From NCBI GenBank assembly GCA_944384375.1, contig CALWTE010000018.1, positions 726-64,725 of the forward strand: 64,000 nt of DNA, written 5' to 3'. Position 1 is the stretch's first letter, and each line of letters opens with the position of its first letter. The translations under genes were made by a program, and so were the position numbers. Below, one piece after another: positions 28,029 to 35,417 of this stretch. Under the pieces are notes generated by a model. It was not told where the DNA came from. It made no database searches and saw nothing but the letters and a program-made list of their open reading frames with translations. The stretch comes from an uncultured Clostridia bacterium (GTDB taxonomy: Bacteria; Bacillota; Clostridia; Christensenellales; UBA1242).

Positions 28029-28754
28029 TTAAACAGCACCGAAACGTCTTTTGCGTTGCTGATAATCAATTAATGCTTTCTGTAAATCTTTTTCAGTAAA
28101 TGACGGCCAGTAAACTTTAGTAAAATAAAATTCACTATATGCCATTTGCCAAAGCATAAAATTACTAACTCTCATTTCGCCACTTGTCCTTATGACAAAA
28201 TCAGGGTCTGGAATATCACTATTGTATAGTAATTTTGCAAAATCTTGCTGGTTTTGCAACTCTTTGCCCGCTTGAATTGCTTTGTTTACACCCATCAAAA
28301 TTTCGTCTCTACCGCCATAGTTAATCGCTAAATTAAGCACAAATTTATCACAATTTTTAGTTTTCTCAATTATTCTATTTATTGCATCAACTAAGTCTTG
28401 CGGTAATTTTGTATAATCACCTGAAACTACAATTTTAGCGCCTTTTTCTACAAATTCGTCGCCATCTTCGTCTAAATAATCACGCACGACATTAAAAATG
28501 CCATCTATTTCCTCTTGTGGACGTTTCCAATTTTCAGTAGAAAAAGTAAAGAAAGTCGCGTACTTAATACCTAATTCATAAATAAATTCAACTATCTTCT
28601 TTAGGTTTTCACAACCTGCCTTGTGCCCCATATTGCGAGGCAAACCACGTTTTGTAGCCCACCTGCCATTACCGTCCATAATTATGGCAATATGAGCGGG
28701 CAATCGCCCCAAATCAAGCCGTTTATTCAGTTTTATCTTAGACGTTGCCCCCAT
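28029..28754 (-). CDS. uppS: Undecaprenyl-diphosphate synthase (isoprenyl transferase)
   Basis: HIAIIMDGNGRWA and RTSGE.R.SNF motifs. Confidence 0.95.
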   Translation of the reverse strand: MGATSKIKLNKRLDLGRLPAHIAIIMDGNGRWATKRGLPRNMGHKAGCENLKKIVEFIYELGIKYATFFTFSTENWKRPQEEIDGIFNVVRDYLDEDGDEFVEKGAKIVVSGDYTKLPQDLVDAINRIIEKTKNCDKFVLNLAINYGGRDEILMGVNKAIQAGKELQNQQDFAKLLYNSDIPDPDFVIRTSGEMRVSNFMLWQMAYSEFYFTKVYWPSFTEKDLQKALIDYQQRKRRFGAV

Positions 28755-28860
28755 TTAAACCCCTTTTATGCTTTTAAAAAAGTATTTACAAAAATTTAAT
28801 ATTTAAAATTACTATTCATTTTACTATATGCTTTTTTGCAAATAAAATACACTATAAAGC

Positions 28861-29430
28861 CTAAACTTCTGTAATTTCTTTTTCTTTATTCTTCAATGTT
28901 TCTTCTACTTTATCAATGAATTTATTTAAGATTTTCTGCACTTCTTTTTCTGCCATTTCTAATTCGTCTTCTGTAATCTTGCTGTCTTTTTTAAGTTTTT
29001 TGAACTCATCTAAGCAATCTCTACGACCGTTACGCATATTTACACGAGTATCTTCGGCAAATTTACGTACCATTTTAACGAGTTCCAAACGACGTTCTTC
29101 AGTAGGTGCTGGCACATAAAGACGGATAACTTTACCGTCATCGCTTGGGTTTAAGCCTAAATCGCTTGCTTGAATTGCCTTTAAAACCTCTTTTAGCATA
29201 CTAATATCCCATAAAGACACAGCAATAGTCCTAGGGTCTGGCGCACTAATGTTTGCCATTTGATTTAATGGAGTCATAGTACCATAGTAATCAACCATAA
29301 TTTTATCCAAAAGTTTTGGATTTGCTCTACCCGCTCTAATTCCGTTTAATTCAGAATTAAAGTGGTCTAAATTTTTTTGTAAACTTGTAGTCAAATTGTC
29401 ATATAAAGACTTGTCATATTCACTTAACAT
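28861..29430 (-). CDS. frr: Ribosome recycling factor
   Basis: 189 aa (IRAGRANP, RTIAVSLWD). Confidence 0.95.
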   Translation of the reverse strand: MLSEYDKSLYDNLTTSLQKNLDHFNSELNGIRAGRANPKLLDKIMVDYYGTMTPLNQMANISAPDPRTIAVSLWDISMLKEVLKAIQASDLGLNPSDDGKVIRLYVPAPTEERRLELVKMVRKFAEDTRVNMRNGRRDCLDEFKKLKKDSKITEDELEMAEKEVQKILNKFIDKVEETLKNKEKEITEV

Positions 29431-29464
29431 AATTAAATTATCTCCTAATATATTTAATATTATT

Positions 29465-29493
29465 ATTTTACTAATATTTTTTCATTTTGGCAA
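29465..29493 (-). promoter_or_regulatory. Candidate sigma-A promoter of frr (TTGCCA-17-TAAAAT)
   Basis: Hexamers and spacing read on the minus strand. Confidence 0.5.
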
Positions 29494-29504
29494 ATGATTT
29501 TATA

Positions 29505-29537
29505 TAAAAAAGAAAAAAGACTTGTTAAAAGTCTCTT
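29505..29537 (-). terminator. Intrinsic terminator after tsf
   Basis: AGACUU-UUAAC-AAGUCU followed by UUUUUUCUUUUUU. Confidence 0.7.
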
Positions 29538-29541
29538 TATC

Positions 29542-30204
29542 TTACTCGCCTGCGGCTTGTCTAGCAACTTCTTCAGCAAAGTTATCTACTCTTTTTTCCA
29601 AACCTTCGCCCATTTCGTAACGAACGAAACGACGAACGGTAATCTTTTCACCTATAGCAAGTACTGCTTCATTGATTAAATCGCGAATAGTTATAGAAGA
29701 ATCACGGAAGTACTCTTGGTCTAATAAACAAACTTCCTTAAAGTACTTTTTAATTCTACCTTCAACTATCTTTTCTGCAACTTGTTCTGGCTTGCCTTCG
29801 TTCAATGCTTGAGCCATATAAACTTTACGTTCTGCCTCAAGAGTTGCTTGGTCAACGTCATTTTCACTTACAAAAAGTGGTTTGAATGCGGCAATTTGCA
29901 TAGCGATATTGTGAGCTAACTCTTTGAATTTTTCACCCTTTGCTACAAAGTCTGTTTCACAATTTAATTCTACCATAACACCGATTTTGCCACCTAAGTG
30001 GATATAGCATTCTACTATACCTTCTGAAGCGATTCTGCCTTCTTTTTTAGCAGCGGCTGCCATACCTTTTTCTCTTAGCCATTGTGCAGCCTTTTCCATA
30101 TCGCCATTGTTTGCTTCCAAAGCATTTTTGCAATCCATCATACCCGCTTGTGTCCTAGCACGCAAGGTCTTAATGTCATCAGTTAAACTCATAGTTTCCT
30201 CCAA
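29542..30204 (-). CDS. tsf: Translation elongation factor Ts (short form)
   Basis: UBA-like N-terminus ([16 protein letters not shown]) and EF-Ts core ([12 protein letters not shown]). Confidence 0.9.
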   Translation of the reverse strand: MEETMSLTDDIKTLRARTQAGMMDCKNALEANNGDMEKAAQWLREKGMAAAAKKEGRIASEGIVECYIHLGGKIGVMVELNCETDFVAKGEKFKELAHNIAMQIAAFKPLFVSENDVDQATLEAERKVYMAQALNEGKPEQVAEKIVEGRIKKYFKEVCLLDQEYFRDSSITIRDLINEAVLAIGEKITVRRFVRYEMGEGLEKRVDNFAEEVARQAAGE

Positions 30205-30209
30205 ATATT

Positions 30210-31238
30210 TTATTTAGTTGTTTCTGCTGTTTCTTCAGTCTTTTTTGTTCTTGTAGTCTTTTTAGCAGGTTTTTCTTCTTTAGCATTTTTTTTAGTTTCA
30301 GCCTTAGCCTTTTTTGCTGGGGCTTTCTTTTCTTCAGTAGCTTCAGCCTTTTCTGCTACCTTTTTAGTAGTTTTCTTAGGCTTTTCTGCTACATTCTTTT
30401 CTTCTTGTTCTTTCTTAACTTCAGCTTTTTCTTCGCTAACAGTTTCTTCTTTAGTTTCCTTTTCTTCTTTCTTCTTGAAAACTTTCTTAGCTACAGCTTC
30501 GCCTGCTTCGTTAATTTCTTCAGTAATTTCTACTTCTTCGCTCTTTGTTTCAGGAACGTTACCGCTCTTTGCTTCAATAACTGCGTTTGCAATTGTTTCA
30601 GCGATTAAACGTACAGAACGAATTGCGTCATCATTACCAGGAATAACTACGTCAACAAGTGTTGGGTCACTGTTTGTATCAACTAGACCTACAACAGGAA
30701 TACCTAAAGAACGAGCTTCCTTTACGGCAATATGCTCCTTCTTTAAGTCCACTACAAATAAAAGACCTGGGAGACTGGTCATATCCTTGATACCACCTAA
30801 GTTCTTCTCTAATTTGTCGCGTTCTGCTTGCATCTTTAGTACTTCTTTCTTAGGGAAAAATTCAAATTCACCAGTTTGTTCCATTTTGTTTAACTTGTTT
30901 AATCTGTCTACACGAGAACGAATTGTCTTAAAGTTGGTCAATGTACCACCCAACCAACGTGTGTTTACGTAGTACATACCACAACGAATTGCCTCGTCCT
31001 TGATAGCGTCGCACGCTTGTTTCTTAGTACCTACAAACAAAACAGTTTTGCCTTTTGATACTAAATCTCTTACGTAGTCGTATGCTTGTTGCACTAAAAC
31101 TACGGTTTGCTCTAAGTCAATGATGTGCGTGTCATTGCGAGCACAAAAAATGTACTTACTCATTTTAGGGTTCCATTGTCTCGTAGGGTGACCGAACTGA
31201 ACGCCTGCTTCAAGTAATTGTTTTATTGAAATTGACAC
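30210..31238 (-). CDS. rpsB: 30S ribosomal protein S2 with a C-terminal Lys/Glu-rich extension of about 115 aa
   Basis: Conserved S2 core ([16 protein letters not shown]). GTG start preceded by AAGGAGG. 342 aa, against roughly 240-260 typical. Confidence 0.95.
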   Translation of the reverse strand: MSISIKQLLEAGVQFGHPTRQWNPKMSKYIFCARNDTHIIDLEQTVVLVQQAYDYVRDLVSKGKTVLFVGTKKQACDAIKDEAIRCGMYYVNTRWLGGTLTNFKTIRSRVDRLNKLNKMEQTGEFEFFPKKEVLKMQAERDKLEKNLGGIKDMTSLPGLLFVVDLKKEHIAVKEARSLGIPVVGLVDTNSDPTLVDVVIPGNDDAIRSVRLIAETIANAVIEAKSGNVPETKSEEVEITEEINEAGEAVAKKVFKKKEEKETKEETVSEEKAEVKKEQEEKNVAEKPKKTTKKVAEKAEATEEKKAPAKKAKAETKKNAKEEKPAKKTTRTKKTEETAETTK

Positions 31239-31365
31239 TTTACTTTTTCCTCCTTAACTCGTTTTTAATCCGCCCACTTGCTTTAAAACTCCTTGACGCA
31301 ACCCCTACTAATTAGTAGTGGCAACGGTGTCAAAAATGGCAAATGGTGTGTATTTCAACTTGAAA

Positions 31366-31394
31366 AGTTTATCACAAAACGAAATAAAAAGCAA
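31366..31394 (-). promoter_or_regulatory. Candidate promoter of rpsB (TTGCTT-17-TGaTAAACT), implying a 5' UTR of about 125 nt
   Basis: Hexamers and an extended -10 TG read on the minus strand, with an AT-rich UP-like tract upstream. Confidence 0.4.
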
Positions 31395-31484
31395 GGCCAA
31401 ATACACAAAATTTTATAATAATTAATGATAATTTATATAAATCTATAAAAATTTATAGTAATTTTAAAAAATTTTATAAATAAG

Positions 31485-31520
31485 CGAAAAAACGCACCTT
31501 GTTAAAACTAGGTACGTTTT
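31485..31520 (-). terminator. Intrinsic terminator after the DUF1292 gene
   Basis: ACGUACCU-loop-AGGUGCGU followed by UUUUUUCGC. Confidence 0.7.
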
Positions 31521-31550
31521 TATAGTAAAAACACTTAAATACTCTATAAT

Positions 31551-31889
31551 TTAAGCATCTTTGTCAGCATTATCTTGCTCGTCTAGAAGTTTGTTGTAAA
31601 TTGCAAAAACTTCGTCAATAACAGCATCGCTTTCTTCCACAACTAATAGTTGGTCTTCGTTAGAATCGTCTTCTTCAAAAGAGAACACAATTGCCTCATC
31701 ATCAGCCACGCCGTCCATTTTTGCAACAGGTTTTAAAATTGCGTAAAGTTTGTCGTTGTAAGGAATTAAAGCAATTTGCTCAAACTCTACAGGCTTTTCA
31801 TTTTCATCGTAAAGTGTAATTGGGTCATTATTCTCAGGGTCCAACAATTTTAAAATTGGGTTTTCAATTTCTTCTTCTTTCTTTGCCAT
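31551..31889 (-). CDS. DUF1292 family protein (YrzB-like)
   Basis: Acidic 112-aa protein with (ITLYDENEKPVEFEQIALIPYNDKLYAIL). Follows ruvX, as in Bacillus yrrK-yrzB. Confidence 0.8.
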   Translation of the reverse strand: MAKKEEEIENPILKLLDPENNDPITLYDENEKPVEFEQIALIPYNDKLYAILKPVAKMDGVADDEAIVFSFEEDDSNEDQLLVVEESDAVIDEVFAIYNKLLDEQDNADKDA

Positions 31890-31904
31890 ATTCTTTGCTC
31901 CTTG

Positions 31905-32321
31905 TCAATATTTCTTATCTAAATAATTTTGCAAGATTATGCTTGCTGCGACTTCGTCAATTACTTTTTTGCGTTTTTCACGTCTAACATCTGCACTAAT
32001 CAGTAATTTTTCAGCGCTCACCGTCGTAAGCCTTTCATCCTGATAAACTATTTCGGCATTTGTGTGCTTTTTTAACTCATTACAAAAGTCATAAGTAAAT
32101 TGCACACGCTCTCCACAAGTCCCGTCCATATTCTTAGGCAATCCAACAACGACGACGTCAACATCTTTTTCAGCAATCAAATCTGCCAAATATTTCAAAT
32201 CTTGCTCCATACCCTGTCTGCGGTAGTTTTGATAACCACTTGCAAACATACCCAAGGGGTCACTGAAAGCAATGCCAATATTGACATTACCCAAATCTAG
32301 TCCCATTTTTCGTGCCATCAT
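31905..32321 (-). CDS. ruvX: Putative pre-16S rRNA nuclease / Holliday junction resolvase-like RuvX (YqgF)
   Basis: GLDLGNVNIGIAFSD N-terminal motif. 138 aa. Confidence 0.85.
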   Translation of the reverse strand: MMARKMGLDLGNVNIGIAFSDPLGMFASGYQNYRRQGMEQDLKYLADLIAEKDVDVVVVGLPKNMDGTCGERVQFTYDFCNELKKHTNAEIVYQDERLTTVSAEKLLISADVRREKRKKVIDEVAASIILQNYLDKKY

Positions 32322-32353
32322 TACCTCTATAAAGCAAAAGATTTGTTATATTT

Positions 32354-32382
32354 ATAATATCATATTATTTATTTGATTGCAA
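32354..32382 (-). promoter_or_regulatory. Candidate sigma-A promoter of ruvX (TTGCAA-17-TGaTATTAT)
   Basis: Hexamers and spacing read on the minus strand. Confidence 0.5.
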
Positions 32383-32581
32383 ACTTTTAAACGTATATTT
32401 CACAAAATTTAACAATTTTATTAAAAAAGTTTAATCTAGTGCTCAAACATAACTATAAAACTATCCAACATATGTTTAAATTAAAAGGTATTTTGCACTC
32501 TAATCTTAAAAATTAGGCTTTCAAATTAAAAATAGAGTCATAAATAGTTACAATTTAAATCTTTGCCCATTTTTAAATTTA

Positions 32582-32616
32582 TAAACAAAAACAAGCCCTA
32601 TTTAATTAGGACTTGC
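32582..32616 (-). terminator. Intrinsic terminator after the 44-aa ORF
   Basis: CAAGUCCU-loop-AGGGCUUG followed by UUUUUGUUU. Confidence 0.65.
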
Positions 32617-32623
32617 CTTTATA

Positions 32624-32758
32624 TTACATTTTTGCAACTTGTTGCTTGATTTTTTCTTTACCTTTATCAAGTGCATCACGTACAGGTTTACAAGTTTGTA
32701 CTAAAATCGCACCAGCAACAGCGCCTAAAATCATACCAACTAAAATACCATCGCACAT
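32624..32758 (-). CDS. Small (44 aa) membrane-anchored protein, YtxH-like in shape
   Basis: Below the 60-aa cut-off of the ORF track. ATG preceded by AAGGAGG. One TM (GILVGMILGAVAGAILV) followed by a Lys-rich helix. A terminator lies directly downstream. Confidence 0.5.
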   Translation of the reverse strand: MCDGILVGMILGAVAGAILVQTCKPVRDALDKGKEKIKQQVAKM

Positions 32759-32834
32759 AATTTTTGCCTCCTTATTAAATTCTAATTATAGTTTGTCTAA
32801 TTTTGAGAATTTAACAAGAGTAAAATTTTGGTAA

Positions 32835-33311
32835 TTAGAGAGTCCTCTCCATCTCGTCTGTTTTGTTATCAACCTTAGAGGTAACCGTTTTTTGCTCGGT
32901 ATTTGTATAAACTGAATTATTTATTTTCGCCGTTGCTACATAATCAACGTCGTTTTTGATATCCCACGAAATATCAAAAGATTTTATCAAATCTACTGGC
33001 AAATATTGTAAATCTATTTGTCTATATGTAAACATTCTATCAACACCATCTTGGTTAGTAAATTCGCCTTGTTTTTGCATAAAATGTTTATCAAATAAAT
33101 ATTTTGGCAAAGATAAAGCAAACCTTTCACAAAATGTTTCAATAGTATCATTATCTATACGCCTGTTATAGAGTTTATTTTGAAATTTTATTTCACTCCC
33201 AAAACTGCCTGCTATAAACTGAGATAAATCTTTGTAAATTTCCTTTTGTGATGCCATTTGTTTATGCGAAAATTCGGGTCTATCACTAATCGGTTTTTTG
33301 ATATTTTTCAT
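32835..33311 (-). CDS. Hypothetical protein (158 aa), no recognisable family
   Basis: Only long ORF here, on the same strand as its neighbours and 25 nt after the nifU stop. No motifs recognised. Confidence 0.55.
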   Translation of the reverse strand: MKNIKKPISDRPEFSHKQMASQKEIYKDLSQFIAGSFGSEIKFQNKLYNRRIDNDTIETFCERFALSLPKYLFDKHFMQKQGEFTNQDGVDRMFTYRQIDLQYLPVDLIKSFDISWDIKNDVDYVATAKINNSVYTNTEQKTVTSKVDNKTDEMERTL

Positions 33312-33336
33312 AAAGTTCCCCTATTTTTTAAATATT

Positions 33337-33738
33337 TTAATCTTGCTCGTTTTCGCTTAATTTTGCTTCTTTTTCTAAACGCTTGTAGTAGTCGTCAATA
33401 GCGTTTGTTAATGCTTGGCTAGCAAGATTTAAGCAATAATCTTTTTGCGGTTGCAACTCGCCTAATTCTGCTAAAACATTATTAATATTAAAGCGAATGA
33501 CTTCTTCCACACTTAACCCAACTATCATTTGAGTTACAACTGAACAAACGGCAATCAAAGTCGCTCCACCGAAAGTTTTAAATTTTGCTTCTGTAACTTT
33601 ACCGTCTTCAATAAGCAAGTAAAATTTAACTATATCACTACACGCTTCACTGTCTGCCCTACCCACAGCATTTGCGCCACGTAAAACCCCAACATTTTGA
33701 GGATTTTGTAAAATTTCCATAACTTTTTGGTTGTACAT
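33337..33738 (-). CDS. nifU: NifU/IscU-type Fe-S scaffold (variant cysteine pattern)
   Basis: IscU-like layout (ACSD, KFKTFGGATLIAVCS, DYCLNLA). Directly follows nifS. Confidence 0.8.
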   Translation of the reverse strand: MYNQKVMEILQNPQNVGVLRGANAVGRADSEACSDIVKFYLLIEDGKVTEAKFKTFGGATLIAVCSVVTQMIVGLSVEEVIRFNINNVLAELGELQPQKDYCLNLASQALTNAIDDYYKRLEKEAKLSENEQD

Positions 33739-33741
33739 AAA

Positions 33742-34920
33742 CTAATCCTCCTTACCTACTTGTGATTTTGTCATTGCTGAAATTTTACGTAATTTTTCTA
33801 CACATTCTACCAACTTACTTACTACGTAATCAATTTCTTCTTTTGTAATATCCTTACTTAATGAGAAACGTACTGCCCCTTGTGCCAAATCTGGAGCAAT
33901 GCCCATTGCTTGCAATACGTGGCTGGTTTCAACAGAGCCAGAAGAACAAGCAGAACCTGTACTTACAGCAATACCTTCTAAGTCAAGCATACACATTAAA
34001 CTTTCACCATCAACCATACCAAATGACAAGTTTACATTGTTTGGCAATCTCTGTATAGGGTGTCCGTTTAAATAAGTCATATCTATATTTTTAGTAACTT
34101 CTCTTATGAAATAGTCTCTCAAAGTACGCAATTTTTTGCTATTTGTGATAATATCACGGGTGTTAATTTCTACTGCCTTACCTAACCCCACAATACCAGC
34201 CACATTGCTAGTACCAGCACGCAAGCCAAATTCTTGCTCGCCACCATTCATAAATGGAGTAATCACTACGCCATTGTGTACATATAGTGCACCTACGCCC
34301 TTTGGCCCATTTAATTTATGTCCGCTAAGACTCAATGCATCAATACCCATTTCGTGAACATTTAGGTTAATTGCACCAACTGCTTGTGTTGCGTCAGTGT
34401 GGAAAATTACATTCTTTTCTTTTGCGATATTAGCAATTGCCTGTAAGTTTTGAATAGTCCCTACTTCGTTATTTGCTGCCATAATTGAAATTAAAATAGT
34501 GTCAGCAGATAAATAGTGAAGCAACTGGTCAATCCTAACCATTCCCATCTCATCTACGTCTAGATAAGTTACGCGGTAACCTTCTCTCTCTAACTTTTTA
34601 CAAGTCTCCAAAATACTAGGATGCTCAATTTTTGATGTAATTATGTGGTTACCTTTGTGGCGATTTGCTTTTGCTAAACCTGTGATTGCCCAGTTATTAG
34701 ATTCTGTAGCACCACTAGTAAAGTAAATTTCATTATCGTCACAGCCTAATGCTTTTGCAATACGGCTACGAGCAACATCAACATAGCGTTTTGCTTCTCT
34801 ACCGAAAGAATGCAAACTGTTTGGGTTACCAAAATCAGTAGTCAAAACTGGCATCATTTCAGTCAAAACTTCGCTATGAATAGGTGTGGTAGCAGCATTG
34901 TCCATATAAATTCTATTCAT
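33742..34920 (-). CDS. nifS: Cysteine desulfurase NifS/IscS (class V aminotransferase)
   Basis: PLP-Lys region SLSGHKLNGPKG and active-site Cys loop STGSACSSG. Confidence 0.9.
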   Translation of the reverse strand: MNRIYMDNAATTPIHSEVLTEMMPVLTTDFGNPNSLHSFGREAKRYVDVARSRIAKALGCDDNEIYFTSGATESNNWAITGLAKANRHKGNHIITSKIEHPSILETCKKLEREGYRVTYLDVDEMGMVRIDQLLHYLSADTILISIMAANNEVGTIQNLQAIANIAKEKNVIFHTDATQAVGAINLNVHEMGIDALSLSGHKLNGPKGVGALYVHNGVVITPFMNGGEQEFGLRAGTSNVAGIVGLGKAVEINTRDIITNSKKLRTLRDYFIREVTKNIDMTYLNGHPIQRLPNNVNLSFGMVDGESLMCMLDLEGIAVSTGSACSSGSVETSHVLQAMGIAPDLAQGAVRFSLSKDITKEEIDYVVSKLVECVEKLRKISAMTKSQVGKED

Positions 34921-34970
34921 ATTCCTACTCCTTTTTTAAAGACGATTTTATCTTCTTTCTTACTAATTTA

Positions 34971-34999
34971 ATTATACCATTTTATTGCTCTACTGTCAA
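34971..34999 (-). promoter_or_regulatory. Consensus sigma-A promoter of nifS-nifU (TTGACA-17-TGgTATAAT)
   Basis: Perfect -35 and -10 hexamers, 17-nt spacer and an extended -10 TG, about 50 nt upstream of the nifS ATG. Confidence 0.65.
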
Positions 35000-35044
35000 T
35001 ACCTTATTTACTTATAATCTTTTATCTATATTGCTTATATTTTC

Positions 35045-35117
35045 AAATAAAAAGGACAAGTCAAAAGACTTGTCTAACACTTGCGCTTTAACGCGAACAC
35101 AATTATTGTGCTTGTGT
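35045..35117 (-). ncRNA. Candidate small RNA C (about 70 nt) ending in an intrinsic terminator
   Basis: Starts downstream of promoter 35124-35152. Internal hairpins ACACAA/UUGUGU or CACAA/UUGUG, and GCG/CGC. Terminator GACAAGUC-UUUU-GACUUGUC followed by CUUUUUAUUUG. No ORF with an RBS. Confidence 0.45.
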
Positions 35118-35123
35118 ATAAAC

Positions 35124-35152
35124 ATTTTATACCATACAAACTAGAAAGTCAA
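35124..35152 (-). promoter_or_regulatory. Candidate sigma-A promoter (TTGACT-17-TAAAAT) of RNA C
   Basis: Hexamers and spacing read on the minus strand. Confidence 0.5.
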
Positions 35153-35209
35153 GTCTATACGGATAAAAACAAAAGCAGAAAGGAAAGATATAGTAAAAAT
35201 AATAAAAAA

Positions 35210-35279
35210 TGAAAATAAAAAAGAATTACAATTCCGGCCTTTCGCCTATGCCTTGCGTAGCAAGGTCAATGTAATTCTA
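35210..35279 (-). ncRNA. Candidate small RNA B (about 70 nt), a three-way-junction fold whose closing stem is the terminator
   Basis: P1 AGAAUUACA/UGUAAUUCU followed by UUUUUUAUUUU. P2 CCUUGC-UAC-GCAAGG. P3 GGC-GAAAG-GCC. The TSS predicted from promoter 35285-35313 falls at the base of P1. Confidence 0.5.
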
Positions 35280-35284
35280 AATTA

Positions 35285-35313
35285 ATGATACTAAATAGAA
35301 ATCAAAATGTCAA
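35285..35313 (-). promoter_or_regulatory. Candidate sigma-A promoter (TTGACA-17-TATCAT) of RNA B
   Basis: The -35 and the whole spacer lie inside a 25-nt perfect repeat shared with promoter A. Confidence 0.55.
35289..35313. repeat. 25-nt perfect direct repeat TACTAAATAGAAATCAAAATGTCAA, copy 1
   Basis: Identical to 35422-35446. The two copies are 133 bp apart. Confidence 0.9.
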
Positions 35314-35319
35314 GTACTT

Positions 35320-35411
35320 TAAAACAAAAAGGAAGTAAGAAAATCTTACTTCATCCGCACCATGCAGGTCGGAACTAAGCCGACAAACACATAAAGTGTT
35401 TTGCGTTGTGC
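35320..35411 (-). ncRNA. Candidate small RNA A (about 90 nt): a three-way-junction fold plus a separate terminator hairpin
   Basis: P1 CCGCAC/GUGCGG. P2 AAACAC-UUUAU-GUGUUU. P3 GUCGG-CUUAGUU-CCGAC. Then GAAGUAAGA-UUU-UCUUACUUC followed by CUUUUUGUUUU. Confidence 0.5.
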
Positions 35412-35417
35412 GGTGTT

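Noticed and set aside
30475-30972. Long antisense ORFs opposite well-supported genes. Examples: 30475-30972 opposite rpsB, 15476-15976 opposite spoIIIAA, 8708-9148, 40663-41094, 37622-38047, 51317-51742, 20715-21077, 54589-54897.
   Set aside because: Each lies entirely inside a confidently identified gene on the other strand. They lack RBSs and have Ser/Leu/Phe-rich low-complexity translations typical of the codon-complement frame. There is no independent evidence of overlapping genes.
31334-31423. 29-codon plus-strand ORF (MANGVYFNLKS...) in the rpsB upstream region
   Set aside because: It has no RBS, it lies inside the probable rpsB leader and promoter, and it is AT-rich chance sequence.
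32613-32834. 73-aa plus-strand ORF
   Set aside because: It has no RBS. It is antisense to a 44-aa minus-strand ORF that has a strong AAGGAGG RBS and its own terminator, and its composition looks like translated antisense.
35209-35286. 25-codon plus-strand ORF (MKIKKELQFRPFAYALRSKVNVILN) overlapping candidate RNA B
   Set aside because: The nearest purine-rich tract is about 20 nt upstream, too far to serve as an RBS. The hairpin/U-run polarity and promoters all point to minus-strand transcription. The peptide has no toxin-like hydrophobic character.
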